Below, piece after piece: positions 9,177 to 18,330 of a stretch of 64,000 nt of DNA (the first letter of the stretch is position 1; the number at the start of each line of letters is the position of its first letter). Source of the stretch: Bryobacterales bacterium (GTDB lineage Bacteria; Acidobacteriota; Terriglobia; Bryobacterales; UBA6623). The stretch lies in the NCBI GenBank assembly GCA_965261065.1, contig OZ253444.1, positions 6,838,902 through 6,902,901 on the forward strand, written 5' to 3'. The notes beneath the pieces were generated by a model. The model was not told the DNA's origin. It made no database searches and was given only the letters and a program-made list of their open reading frames with translations. Position numbers and translations under genes: made by a program.

Positions 9177-10207
9177 GCCTGGTATCCACTTGACTCAGGT
9201 GACCCCAACATCTTGTAGTTGGGCTCACAGCGTCTTAGCGTCCCAATCGGCGCCGATCGAGCGGTACGGCGTCGGCTCCACCGCCATGGCCTGCTGCACA
9301 AGGCGGTAGAAGAGCTTGCCCCGACTGCGTGATCTGCGCCGATTGAAGCGGAACACGAACTCGTCGAGATAGTAGTCCAGATGCTCGTGGCTGACCGCCC
9401 CCTGATGCGTGCCCAGCATCCAGCGCTTGAGTAGCGAGATCGCCAAGTGCACCCTCGGCAGTAGCTGCGAGGCCTGCTCGCGGCGGTTGTTAATCGAGAT
9501 GATACGACGCTGGTAGTCCTTCTTCTTGAGCGGATCGTAGCCCGACCAGTTGTCGGTAACAACCACGCTGCCCGGCTCGACCGACTCCTCGACGAAGGGC
9601 ATCAAACTGGCCGCCGAGGCGTTCTGAACGCGCTGCATGCGGATGCGCCCCAGCCCGGTGCCTCTCTCTTCCGCGGCGACTGCAATCAACGCTTTACGCT
9701 CGGTCTGCCGGCCGATTACCCCTTCTTCTTCAGCGCCCCAGTAGGTCTCATCGACCTCGACGAGGCCCGTCAATCGCTCCCGCCCCGGGCGCACCATCGC
9801 TCGCCTCAGCTTGTGCATCCAAGGCCAGGCGGTTTGGTAACTGCCCAGTCCCAGAACGCGCTGTAGACCCATGGCGCTGGCCCCATTCTTCTGCGTGGTG
9901 ATGGTCCACATCGCCCGGAACCACAGCCGCAGCGGCTTGCGTGTGTCTTGAAAGATCGTGCCGGCGGTGACGGAGGTTTGCCGCCCGCAGCGAGCGCATT
10001 CGAACCACACTTTGCGCACCGGCCAAGCGCGCTCATGCCCACACCTTGGACAGCGGAAACCCTCTGGCCAGCGCAAGGCGAACAGATAGTCGCGGCAAGC
10101 CTCCTCGCTCGCAAAGCGAGACTCGAATTCGAGTTGGTCGCGCGGGTAATCCTCCACCAGGCCCTACACTACATCTTGGGGTCACCTGAGTCAAGTGGAT
10201 ACCCAGC
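9177..10207 (-). mobile_element. IS1595-family insertion sequence, copy 2
   Basis: Same 1031-bp element as copy 1, inverted; 8-bp TSD CTCGGGGT at 9169-9176 and 10208-10215. Confidence 0.93.
9225..10157 (-). CDS. IS1595 transposase, apparently intact
   Basis: 310 aa; VEVDETYWG, VTDNW and YLDEFVFRFNRR motifs all intact. Confidence 0.92.
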   Translation of the reverse strand: MEDYPRDQLEFESRFASEEACRDYLFALRWPEGFRCPRCGHERAWPVRKVWFECARCGRQTSVTAGTIFQDTRKPLRLWFRAMWTITTQKNGASAMGLQRVLGLGSYQTAWPWMHKLRRAMVRPGRERLTGLVEVDETYWGAEEEGVIGRQTERKALIAVAAEERGTGLGRIRMQRVQNASAASLMPFVEESVEPGSVVVTDNWSGYDPLKKKDYQRRIISINNRREQASQLLPRVHLAISLLKRWMLGTHQGAVSHEHLDYYLDEFVFRFNRRRSRSRGKLFYRLVQQAMAVEPTPYRSIGADWDAKTL

Positions 10208-10288
10208 CTCGGGGTTTGCGCGGCGTGAGCGTCCACGCTTGCCGCCTCGCAATTCGTCGCGGGCTGAAACGCCACACGTTCAGGGTTA

Positions 10289-10380
10289 GCGGTTTCTCCC
10301 GACGGCCGCTACCTGGTCTTCAGCGACCCGCCATCCACGTCGTCCACAACTGGTACGAAGAGTTCCGCGACCGCGAGTAG
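10289..10380 (+). pseudogene. C-terminal relic of a PD40-repeat protein
   Basis: AVSPDGRYLVFSD, then in a shifted frame IHVVHNWYEEFRDRE*, resembling the usual acidobacterial kinase-PD40 C-terminus. Confidence 0.45.
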
Positions 10381-10699
10381 GACAAGTCGCTCACAGCACT
10401 TGGGTTACACCCACTTCCGCACTTAGATGTCGGGATATCTGGTTCGCATGAGAAATCCGCCACCTCTCCATCTAACTTGTTCCGACATAGGGACTTAGCT
10501 CGAATCGCTGGCGCACTTGGCTGTGTGGTCGGCAATCCGGAACAAGTCTCGCTCTCTTCCTTCAACCGCCTCGAAGACTAGGAAGTGCGGCTAGACCCGC
10601 CCTTGCCAGTGTTACCTTATGGCTTCAGCGGGAGCCCCGAATGGTGGATGGGGCACGATCCAGCTATTGCTTCCCCGCGACGAGGGCGTCATAGTGGCT

Positions 10700-12556
10700 T
10701 CAGTCACGCGTTGCTTGGCGGTAGATGATTGCGATCACCGCCGCTAGGGCTGCTAGCGAGAACAGGTTGCTGTCGATGACGGGGATGGGCAGGGCCATGC
10801 CGGCCGTGCGGGGGATGGCGATCAGGATGCCCGCGATGGCTTCGCCGGCAATGAGGCCCGAGGCAATTAGGGTGGCCTTGTGCTGGGCGGCGTCGGCGGC
10901 GCGCGGGCCTCGCTGGGCCGATTGGCGCAGCAGCACGGCACTGAGGATGCCGCCAACGAAGATCGGCGTCGAGAGCGCCAGCGGAAGATAGATGCCCACC
11001 GCCACGGGCATCACGTGCGCGCGGAAACGGCTGCCCGAGCGTTGCAGGTAGCGGTCGAGAACAATCAGCCCGATCGCGATGCACACGCCGATGCCGACCA
11101 TCGTCCACGGCAGGCCGGTGCCCTCGAACAATGCCTTAGCGATGCTGGCGAACAGGTTGGCTTGGGGGGCGCGCAGGGCTTGCTCGCCGCCGGTGCCGAT
11201 GCCGTAGCCGCGATGAAGCAGCGTCAGGATCGGCGCGATGATGAACGCCGGGAACAGCACGCCGATAAACTGCGCCACCTGCTGCCGCCAGGGTGTGGCC
11301 TTGACGAGGAAGCCGGTTTTCAAGTCCTGCGAGGTGTCGCCCGCGGTGGCGGCAGCGCAACAGACCACACCAGCCACGCCGAGCGCCCCCAGAATGCCCG
11401 CCGTGCCGCTCATGCCGAGCAACAGCAACACGATCGACGCGAAGATCAGCGCGCAGATCGTCATGCCCGAGACCGGGTTGTTCGAGCTGCCTACCAGCCC
11501 GACGATGTAGCTCGACACGGCGACGAAGAAGAACGAGGCGATCACCATCACGACGCCCGCCACGATGGCGATGGTGATTGAGTCCGTCAGCGAGACGTAC
11601 AGGATGATGGTGGTGACGCCGGCCAGCAGGAAGATCGCGAGGCTTTGCGAGGTCGGCAGGTCCTGGTCGGTACGGTCGCGCGAGGCTTGCTGCTTGGCGC
11701 GGAAGCCGCTCATCGCCTCACGAACGCCTTTCGCGATGCCCTTACGAATGCTGAACATCGACCACAGCCCGCCAACGATCATCGCGCCCACGCCCATGTA
11801 GCGGATCTGGCTGCTCCAGGCGTCCCAGGCGGCATCGAGCAGTTCGCCCTCGGGTAGCGGATGCGCCAGATAGAACAGTGGGATCGAAACGATCCAGCCG
11901 AGGGCGCCGCCGGCAAACACCAGCATCGCGATCTCAAAACCCACGATGACGCCGACGCCGAGCAACGCGACCGACATGTCGCCGCCGAAATAGACTAGCG
12001 TTCGCTCGGCGCGTGCCGCCCCTTCCACGATCGGCCGGATGACCCCAACGACGCCGACCAGCGACTTGAAGACAACGCCGCCCGCGACCGCGGCGAAGAC
12101 CTGCTTGAGCTCGCCGCCGCCCTCTTCGCCCGCTTCGAGGACTTGGGCGCAGGCGACGCCCTCGGGGTAGATCAGTTCCTCGTCCCCTTCGACGATCAAC
12201 GTGCGCCGCAGCGGGATCATGAAGAGAATGCCCAGCACGCCGCCGAGCAGGCCGATCAGGGTGACTTCCCAGTACGGGAAGTCGGTCCACACGCCTGCGA
12301 TGACGAGCGCGGGGACGGTGAAGATGATGCCCGCCGCGACCGACTCACCCGCCGAGGCCATCGTCTGCACGATGTTGTTCTCGAGGATCGTCCCGTGGCG
12401 CATCAACCCGCGCAGGATGCCCATCGAGACGATGGCGGCGGGAATGCTGGCGGACACGGTCATCCCGGCGTAGAGGCCGAGGTAAGTGTTGGCGGCGGTC
12501 ATGACGACGCCGATCGCAAGGCCGAGGATGACGGCGCGCCAAGTGAGTTCGGTCAT
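10700..12556 (-). CDS. OPT-family oligopeptide transporter
   Basis: ELTWRAVILG...AANTYLGLYAGMTVSASIPAA, ENNIVQT, YPEGVACA, DLKTGFLV; many TM helices. Confidence 0.93.
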   Translation of the reverse strand: MTELTWRAVILGLAIGVVMTAANTYLGLYAGMTVSASIPAAIVSMGILRGLMRHGTILENNIVQTMASAGESVAAGIIFTVPALVIAGVWTDFPYWEVTLIGLLGGVLGILFMIPLRRTLIVEGDEELIYPEGVACAQVLEAGEEGGGELKQVFAAVAGGVVFKSLVGVVGVIRPIVEGAARAERTLVYFGGDMSVALLGVGVIVGFEIAMLVFAGGALGWIVSIPLFYLAHPLPEGELLDAAWDAWSSQIRYMGVGAMIVGGLWSMFSIRKGIAKGVREAMSGFRAKQQASRDRTDQDLPTSQSLAIFLLAGVTTIILYVSLTDSITIAIVAGVVMVIASFFFVAVSSYIVGLVGSSNNPVSGMTICALIFASIVLLLLGMSGTAGILGALGVAGVVCCAAATAGDTSQDLKTGFLVKATPWRQQVAQFIGVLFPAFIIAPILTLLHRGYGIGTGGEQALRAPQANLFASIAKALFEGTGLPWTMVGIGVCIAIGLIVLDRYLQRSGSRFRAHVMPVAVGIYLPLALSTPIFVGGILSAVLLRQSAQRGPRAADAAQHKATLIASGLIAGEAIAGILIAIPRTAGMALPIPVIDSNLFSLAALAAVIAIIYRQATRD

Positions 12557-12630
12557 GGGGCGGGAGAAGCCTGTATTTTAGACGAGGTTCTGGGCGTTCC
12601 GGAGGACGTGTACGGACGGGGCTGCCAATA

Positions 12631-12676
12631 GTGGCGCGGACGCCTACGTCTGCCGCATCGACACTCCTGTCGATGC
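12631..12676 (-). repeat. Bipartite hairpin REP-like repeat, family A
   Basis: GCATCGAC-AGGAGT-GTCGATGC-GGCA-GACGTAGGCGTC-CGCGCCAC. Confidence 0.78.
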
Positions 12677-12716
12677 TTGGGCTGCTGGTTGGCGGGCGAG
12701 CCGCGGCGAAACCCAT

Positions 12717-12754
12717 GTGTCGGTAAGAGCACCTACACGGCAGGTCTGTGCCGG
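12717..12754 (+). repeat. Bipartite hairpin REP-like repeat, family A (degenerate)
   Basis: GTGTCGGT-AAGAGC-ACCTACAC-GGCA-GGTCTG; 12710-12748 matches 52146-52184 at 37/39. Confidence 0.75.
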
Positions 12755-12762
12755 CTGCGAAC

Positions 12763-14136
12763 TCAGGCGATGGCGGTGCCGACTTGGTCTTCGCGTTTGG
12801 GGTTGAAGCGCTCGACGAAACGGGTGTCGAAGTGGCCGGCGAGGAAATCCGGATCGGCCAGGATGCGTTGGTGCAGTGGGATCGAGGTGTGAACGCCCTC
12901 GACCACGAACATATCGAGAGCGCGCTGCATGCGGCTGATGGCTTCGGCACGGTCGCGTCCATGCGCGATCAGCTTGGCAATGAGCGAATCGTAGTGCGGC
13001 GGGACGAACCATCCCGAATAGGCCGCCGTGTCGACGCGAATGCCGATCGCGCCCGGAGGCCGCCAAGTCTCGATGCGGCCCGCCGAAGGGACGAAGCTAC
13101 TCGGGTGCTCGGCGTTGATGCGGCACTCGATGGCATGTCCGCGAACTTCGATCTTGTCGGGCACGACGGAGGAGAGCGGCTCGCCGGCAGCGAGTAAGAT
13201 CTGGCTCTTGACCAGATCCACGCCGGTGATGGCTTCGGTGACGGGATGCTCGACCTGGATGCGGGCGTTCAACTCGATAAAGTGCAACTCGCCCTGGTCG
13301 TCCATCAAGAACTCGACCGTGCCGGCGTTCGAATAGCCGATCTCGCCGAAGGCCTGGGCGATGCGGCTGCACAGGGCGTCGCGCGTCGCCGCGTCGATGA
13401 TGGGCGAAGGCGCCTCTTCCAACAGCTTCTGATGACGCCGTTGGATCGAACATTCGCGTTCGCCCAAGACGATGACGTTGCTTTGGTTGTCGGCGAGAAT
13501 TTGAAACTCGATATGGCGGGGCGCCGTGATGTACTTCTCGAGGTAGACGTCGGAGGACTGGAAGCTGACCGCCGCTTCGTGCTGCGCCTGGTGAAAGCGA
13601 TCGGTAATTTCGCTTGCGCTGGTGACAATGCGCATGCCGCGTCCGCCGCCACCGCCGGCGGCTTTGAGGATCACGGGATAGCCGATCTTGTCGGCCCATT
13701 GCCGCGCTTCGTCCGCGGACTGCAACGGCTCCTCGCTGCCGGGCAGGATCGGCAGTCCGGCTTCGCGAACGCGTTTTCGCGCGTGCGCCTTGTCGCCCAT
13801 CAAGCGGATGGTCTCCGACGACGGCCCGATGAAAGTGATGCCCGAGATCCGGCACACCTCCGCGAAGCCGGCGTTCTCGGCCAGAAAACCGTAACCCGGG
13901 TGAATGGCATCGGCATCGGTGATCTCGGCGGCACTGATGACGGCGGGGATGTTGAGATAGCTGTCGGCGGTGCGCGCCGGGCCGATGCAAAGGGATTCGT
14001 CGGCGAAGCGCACATGGAGCGACTTGCGGTCGGCTTCTGAATAGACGGCCACCGTGCGGATACCGAGGTCCTTGCAAGCGGCAATCACGCGCAGGGCGAT
14101 CTCGCCGCGGTTCGCGATGAGAAGTTTTCGAAACAT
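12763..14136 (-). CDS. accC: Acetyl-CoA carboxylase biotin carboxylase subunit
   Basis: [58 protein letters not shown]. Confidence 0.97.
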   Translation of the reverse strand: MFRKLLIANRGEIALRVIAACKDLGIRTVAVYSEADRKSLHVRFADESLCIGPARTADSYLNIPAVISAAEITDADAIHPGYGFLAENAGFAEVCRISGITFIGPSSETIRLMGDKAHARKRVREAGLPILPGSEEPLQSADEARQWADKIGYPVILKAAGGGGGRGMRIVTSASEITDRFHQAQHEAAVSFQSSDVYLEKYITAPRHIEFQILADNQSNVIVLGERECSIQRRHQKLLEEAPSPIIDAATRDALCSRIAQAFGEIGYSNAGTVEFLMDDQGELHFIELNARIQVEHPVTEAITGVDLVKSQILLAAGEPLSSVVPDKIEVRGHAIECRINAEHPSSFVPSAGRIETWRPPGAIGIRVDTAAYSGWFVPPHYDSLIAKLIAHGRDRAEAISRMQRALDMFVVEGVHTSIPLHQRILADPDFLAGHFDTRFVERFNPKREDQVGTAIA

Positions 14137-14140
14137 GTCG

Positions 14141-14650
14141 CTAGGGGGTGGGCTCGATGGCGAAGAGTGACTCGCCGTACTCGACCGGTTGCGCGTTCGT
14201 CACGAAACGCTTTACGACGACGCCTCCCGTCTCGGCCTCGATCTCGTTCATCAACTTCATGGCTTCGATGACGCAGAGCACCTGGCCCGTCTCGACGCGG
14301 TCGCCTACTTGCACGAACGGCTCGGTGTCGGGGGAGGGGGACTCATAGAAAGTTCCGACGATCGGCGCGGTGATGATCGAATGGTTCGCTTCTTCCTCGG
14401 GCGCGGCAGGCTCCGGCGCGTCGGACAAGGCGGCGGGGGCTGAGGACGGGGCCGCCGTTACCGCAGGCGGGGTGGTTCCCTCGGCCACCGGCGCTCCTGA
14501 CGCCACGACGATATAGGGCGACTGATTCGTGCCCTCCGAGGAAACGCGGCGGCGAATGCGAATCCTCTCGCCGCCGTGCTCGATTTCCAACTCTTCAATG
14601 TCACGCTCGGCGAGCGCGTCCATGAGTTCTTTGATTTCCTCGATATTCAT
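14141..14650 (-). CDS. accB: Biotin carboxyl carrier protein
   Basis: [10 protein letters not shown]...[15 protein letters not shown] biotinylation motif. Confidence 0.97.
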   Translation of the reverse strand: MNIEEIKELMDALAERDIEELEIEHGGERIRIRRRVSSEGTNQSPYIVVASGAPVAEGTTPPAVTAAPSSAPAALSDAPEPAAPEEEANHSIITAPIVGTFYESPSPDTEPFVQVGDRVETGQVLCVIEAMKLMNEIEAETGGVVVKRFVTNAQPVEYGESLFAIEPTP

Positions 14651-14704
14651 GATGGCAATGGGGTTTTACCGCAGCCGCTGCCTCGGGGGCATCTGCCGCG
14701 ACAC

Positions 14705-15823
14705 TCAGAGGCGTAGCAATCGCTTGGACGTGGGGGTGATAATCTCACAGCCGTTCGACGTCACGACGACGGTGTCTTCAATCCGGACACCGCCGAGATC
14801 GTCGAGGTAGGCCCCGGGTTCGATCGTGATCACCATGCCGGCCGCCAAACGGGCTTTCTCGCCAAGTCCAAGTCGGGGCGATTCGTGGATTTCCAAGCCC
14901 AGCCCGTGTCCCGCTGAGTGCGTGAACGCTTTCTCGAGTTTGAATTGGCGCAAGACGTGCCGGGCGCGACGGTCGACGGTCGCTGCCTGAACGCCGGCCC
15001 GCACCGCATCGAGCGCGGCGAGTTGCGCTTCGAGCACCGCCCCGTACAGCCTCCGCCGGGCTGAATCAACGCGGCCCAAGCAGACCATGCGGGTCATATC
15101 GCTCGTATAGCCATCGAGTATAGCACCCTGATCGACGACGATGAGCGTATTCGGCTCGAGCGGCACGCGGCGCGGCAGGCCGTGCGGAAGGGCCGAGTGG
15201 AGGCCGCTGGCGACGATCGTGTCAAACGCCGGTTTCTCCGCGCCGAGGGTTCGCATTTGATACTCGATCTCGGCGGCAAAACGGGCCTCGGTCCATGTGG
15301 GACGCACCGCGCGGCACGCTTGCCGGAAGGCGCTTGCGTTGAGGAGGGCCGAGCGTCGCATCTTGGCGATTTCGTCCGGGCTCTTGATGAGGCGCAGTCC
15401 CTCGACCAAGCCGTTCAAGGCGACGAGACGACGCCCCCGCAACGCTCGGCGAAGCCAGCCGTACAGGGCGAAACGAGCCCGGTTCTCCTCGAAGCCGAGC
15501 CGCCGGATACGCTTCCTCTTGATGTCTTCGGCGATCGTGGGAAGCGGATCGCGCTCGGTGATGACGACGTCGGCTGCGGTGGCCTGTTGGCGTGCTTGCG
15601 TCGTGTAGCGTCCGTCGGTGTAAAGAGTCGCGGACGAGGACCCGACGAGTAGGTATCCGGCCGAGCCGGTGAAGCCGCTGAGATAGCGGATGTTGCTGCG
15701 CCCGCTGATCAGCAGAGCGCCCGATTCGTCGACGGCGAATCCTTGCCTGGCGGCCGCCTTGCGAAGTTTGCCGAGACGGGCAAGGGAGCTTTGGCCGGGG
15801 CCGCTCTTGCGCAACCGGCTCAC
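14705..15823 (-). CDS. M24 family Xaa-Pro peptidase
   Basis: YLSGFTGSAG, TDGRY, FDTIVASG, DMTR, HSAGHGLGLEIHE, TIEPG, GVRIED. Confidence 0.93.
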   Translation of the reverse strand: MSRLRKSGPGQSSLARLGKLRKAAARQGFAVDESGALLISGRSNIRYLSGFTGSAGYLLVGSSSATLYTDGRYTTQARQQATAADVVITERDPLPTIAEDIKRKRIRRLGFEENRARFALYGWLRRALRGRRLVALNGLVEGLRLIKSPDEIAKMRRSALLNASAFRQACRAVRPTWTEARFAAEIEYQMRTLGAEKPAFDTIVASGLHSALPHGLPRRVPLEPNTLIVVDQGAILDGYTSDMTRMVCLGRVDSARRRLYGAVLEAQLAALDAVRAGVQAATVDRRARHVLRQFKLEKAFTHSAGHGLGLEIHESPRLGLGEKARLAAGMVITIEPGAYLDDLGGVRIEDTVVVTSNGCEIITPTSKRLLRL

Positions 15824-16599
15824 TGCGCTTTTCCACTGACGACCAGGTAGAGGCCGTTGAACTGAGGGAGAAACTCGATCTCGGGGTACGATTCCACCTC
15901 GAGGACGAGCCTGGCCGTGGGGGGCTGTGCCCGGAACTGTCCGGCACGGACCTTCGTGACCAGCGAGTGCGCGACCGTCTGCTGAACCTGCCCGCGCGGC
16001 AGCGAGAGTTGCACGCCTGGCAGATCAACCGCCACGCGCTTGGGGTGGTCGAGGCGGAAACTGGAATACTCGGGCTGCTTGCCGGTCAAGGCGAAGATCC
16101 GCAACGACTCGTCGCCAACCGACACGACCAGTTGCGTGAGCTTGCCGCCCTGCCCGGCTGGGGATGTGCCGGTTGGGGGTGTAGTCGTTGCCGACGACGG
16201 CGGTCGGCGGGGGACCACGGGCTCGGCTGGATTGAGGGAAGCGGCGGCGAGCTGCGGTCGGCTGGGGGCTTCGTCGCCGGATGTTTCCGCAGCAGTCTCT
16301 TGCGCGCTACGCTCTGGTTCCCGAGGTGGGTCGGGTTCCGCCGGGGAGTCAACCGCTTCCTCGTCCATGATGGCGTCGATGTACTCTTTCTCCGACGCCT
16401 GCTCGGCTACGGCCAGGACGGATTCTGACGGCTGCGGGTCCCGAAGCTGGAAGAACAGAATCAGCGCTCCCGCGAGCAAGAACAATCCACCCACAGCGAT
16501 CTCACGCCGGGCGATGAACGTACCATCACCCGGCGTCGCGAGCGACTCCAGCCGTCCGGCCGACGACAATTTCGCTTTGAGCAGGTTGACCCGGATCAT
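15820..16599 (-). CDS. Bitopic membrane protein with PilN-like N-terminal motif and C-terminal AMIN domain
   Basis: MIRVNLL start, TM helix, Pro/Glu-rich linker, then YSSFRLDHPKRVAVDL...VTKVRAGQF...ARLVLEV (AMIN-like). Confidence 0.75.
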   Translation of the reverse strand: MIRVNLLKAKLSSAGRLESLATPGDGTFIARREIAVGGLFLLAGALILFFQLRDPQPSESVLAVAEQASEKEYIDAIMDEEAVDSPAEPDPPREPERSAQETAAETSGDEAPSRPQLAAASLNPAEPVVPRRPPSSATTTPPTGTSPAGQGGKLTQLVVSVGDESLRIFALTGKQPEYSSFRLDHPKRVAVDLPGVQLSLPRGQVQQTVAHSLVTKVRAGQFRAQPPTARLVLEVESYPEIEFLPQFNGLYLVVSGKAQ

Positions 16600-17642
16600 A
16601 AGTCGTCAAAGCTCCGCAACGCCAAACCCACCGCCACGGCCAGGGCCGGACCGTGGTCGGCGACCGCCTCGCCGGCTTTGCTGGCCGGCTCATAGGAGAT
16701 TCTTCGAAACGGGTTCATCTCGACAACGCGCAGGCCGGCGCGGCTCCGCACGGTGTCTGTGAGCCCCGGGCTCCGCGCCGCTCCGCCGGAGAGGTAGAGC
16801 GTATCGAGCGCCAGCGGCTGGGCCTTGGCGGTCAGGGTTTCCCATTGGCGGTCAACGACGGCCATGACGCGCTCGGGCAACCCTCCGGCTTCGCCGGAAG
16901 GCCACTCGGTCGGCAGGTCCGCCCCGCGTGAGTAAAGCATCGTCTCGCCCCGAAGCAACGCCAGGGTCATGCGGCGGGCCCCGACGTGCAGCAGAACCGA
17001 GACGTCTTTCGGTCCCGGCTGATAGTTGTAAGCCCAAGCGTTGGCCAGCGCGCAGGGCTCGACGTCGACCACCGCCGGGACCTTGCCGGCCAGGGCGATC
17101 GTCTCGCGGATCCAGTCGACTCTCTCCATTGGCGCGCTCACCCACAGGACTGACGAGCTATTGTCTGAATCGGCTCCCAGACGCTGGCAGTCCAGGGCGG
17201 CGCGGCCGATGGAGTAGGGCACGATCCGCTCGGCCAGGGACTCGACCTGGGGACGCCAGTCCGCTTGGCCGTTCGAGAGAGAGTCGGCCTGGCAGTAGAC
17301 CTGACTGCCGCCCACCGCGGCGGCGACATGCCGAGTCTTGATGTGATGATCGCCGGCCAGCGCGCGGATTTCGTCTGAAACACGCACCCCATCGGTCAAG
17401 GCGCCATGCTTGACCGCGCCTTTGGGGATCTCGGCGAGGGCCGCCTGGTCGAGCACGATGGCACCCTGGCGGCGGCGCAGCACGACAGCCTTGAGCCTGC
17501 TGGACCCTATGTCGAGCCCGAGTAGACAGCGCTTCCGACGAGGCCACCAGCGAGACCGCTTGCGGCCCGCCACTCCGGCTTGCGCCTCGGATACTCCCCT
17601 TTCGAGTTCGACCGTCTGCTCGTCTACTTTGAGTGAGGACAT
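16596..17642 (-). CDS. pilM: PilM-like actin-fold protein
   Basis: LLGLDIGSSRLKAV, VVDVEPCALAN, LYLSGGAA, ALAVAVGLALR; start taken at ATG 17642. Confidence 0.8.
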   Translation of the reverse strand: MSSLKVDEQTVELERGVSEAQAGVAGRKRSRWWPRRKRCLLGLDIGSSRLKAVVLRRRQGAIVLDQAALAEIPKGAVKHGALTDGVRVSDEIRALAGDHHIKTRHVAAAVGGSQVYCQADSLSNGQADWRPQVESLAERIVPYSIGRAALDCQRLGADSDNSSSVLWVSAPMERVDWIRETIALAGKVPAVVDVEPCALANAWAYNYQPGPKDVSVLLHVGARRMTLALLRGETMLYSRGADLPTEWPSGEAGGLPERVMAVVDRQWETLTAKAQPLALDTLYLSGGAARSPGLTDTVRSRAGLRVVEMNPFRRISYEPASKAGEAVADHGPALAVAVGLALRSFDDL

Positions 17643-17682
17643 GGTTCGTTTAGCGCGAATTCCGACGTAATACCTGTCCCTA

Positions 17683-18330
17683 TTACTGTACACTCCTGGC
17701 CAAATCCTCGGCGAGAAGCTTGGCGCGCTCCGCCAGATTCTTAGCCAGTGGCAGGTCCTGCCTGCGTGTCGCCTCGGCCTGCCGGATGAAGGCGCGGACA
17801 CGTTTGACTTCGTCGGTCTGTTCCGGATTCGGGCTGCGCTGAAGCACGACAGCCAGGCTGCGCTGGGCGGCCGAAAGGCTCTCTTCGATCGATTCGTTAA
17901 AGGTTTCCCGCTCCTCGGGTGTAAGGATGCGTCCCAGTCGTAGGCTCGGGGTCTGGGTCGCGGCCGCGGCCGGCTCGGCCGGCTCGGCCGGTTCGTCCGG
18001 CACATCACCCGCGTTCTCCCCCGCGGCAGGGTCGGTTGCCCGCCGTGGAGGGTCAACCGCCAAGGGCCCCGGCACGTCGGGGAGAGCTTCGGGCGGGATC
18101 GGTTGCTCCGGCGGCAGCGTGGCGACGATCTGCGGCTCGGAGACGGGCTCCGACCGTACTCTGGGCAGCTCGGGAGCCGGAGCCGCGGCCGCCGGGGTGG
18201 GCGGGACCGGCGCGATATCCTTCTTGCCGCAGGCAACGGCCAAAGCGCAAGCTGCGACGGCGATCACCCGCCGAACGACGCGCGCCGCTTTCCTTTGCTC
18301 TCGCTGTGGACGTGGCATGCCCGAGTTCAT
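17683..18330 (-). CDS. Conserved hypothetical lipoprotein
   Basis: Lipobox ALAVAC, Pro-rich linker and helical C-terminus; overlaps the kinase stop. Confidence 0.7.
   Translation of the reverse strand: MNSGMPRPQREQRKAARVVRRVIAVAACALAVACGKKDIAPVPPTPAAAAPAPELPRVRSEPVSEPQIVATLPPEQPIPPEALPDVPGPLAVDPPRRATDPAAGENAGDVPDEPAEPAEPAAAATQTPSLRLGRILTPEERETFNESIEESLSAAQRSLAVVLQRSPNPEQTDEVKRVRAFIRQAEATRRQDLPLAKNLAERAKLLAEDLARSVQ

Noticed and set aside
3043-10207. Composite transposon formed by the two inverted IS1595 copies
   Set aside because: Each copy has its own distinct 8-bp TSD on both sides, so they are independent insertions.
15820-17642. Complete type IV pilus assembly operon
   Set aside because: No pilO, pilP, pilQ secretin, pilin or ATPase genes in the window.
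16596-18236. 546-aa PilM with a long N-terminal extension
   Set aside because: The extension overlaps the lipoprotein gene in another frame; PilM similarity starts after 17642.
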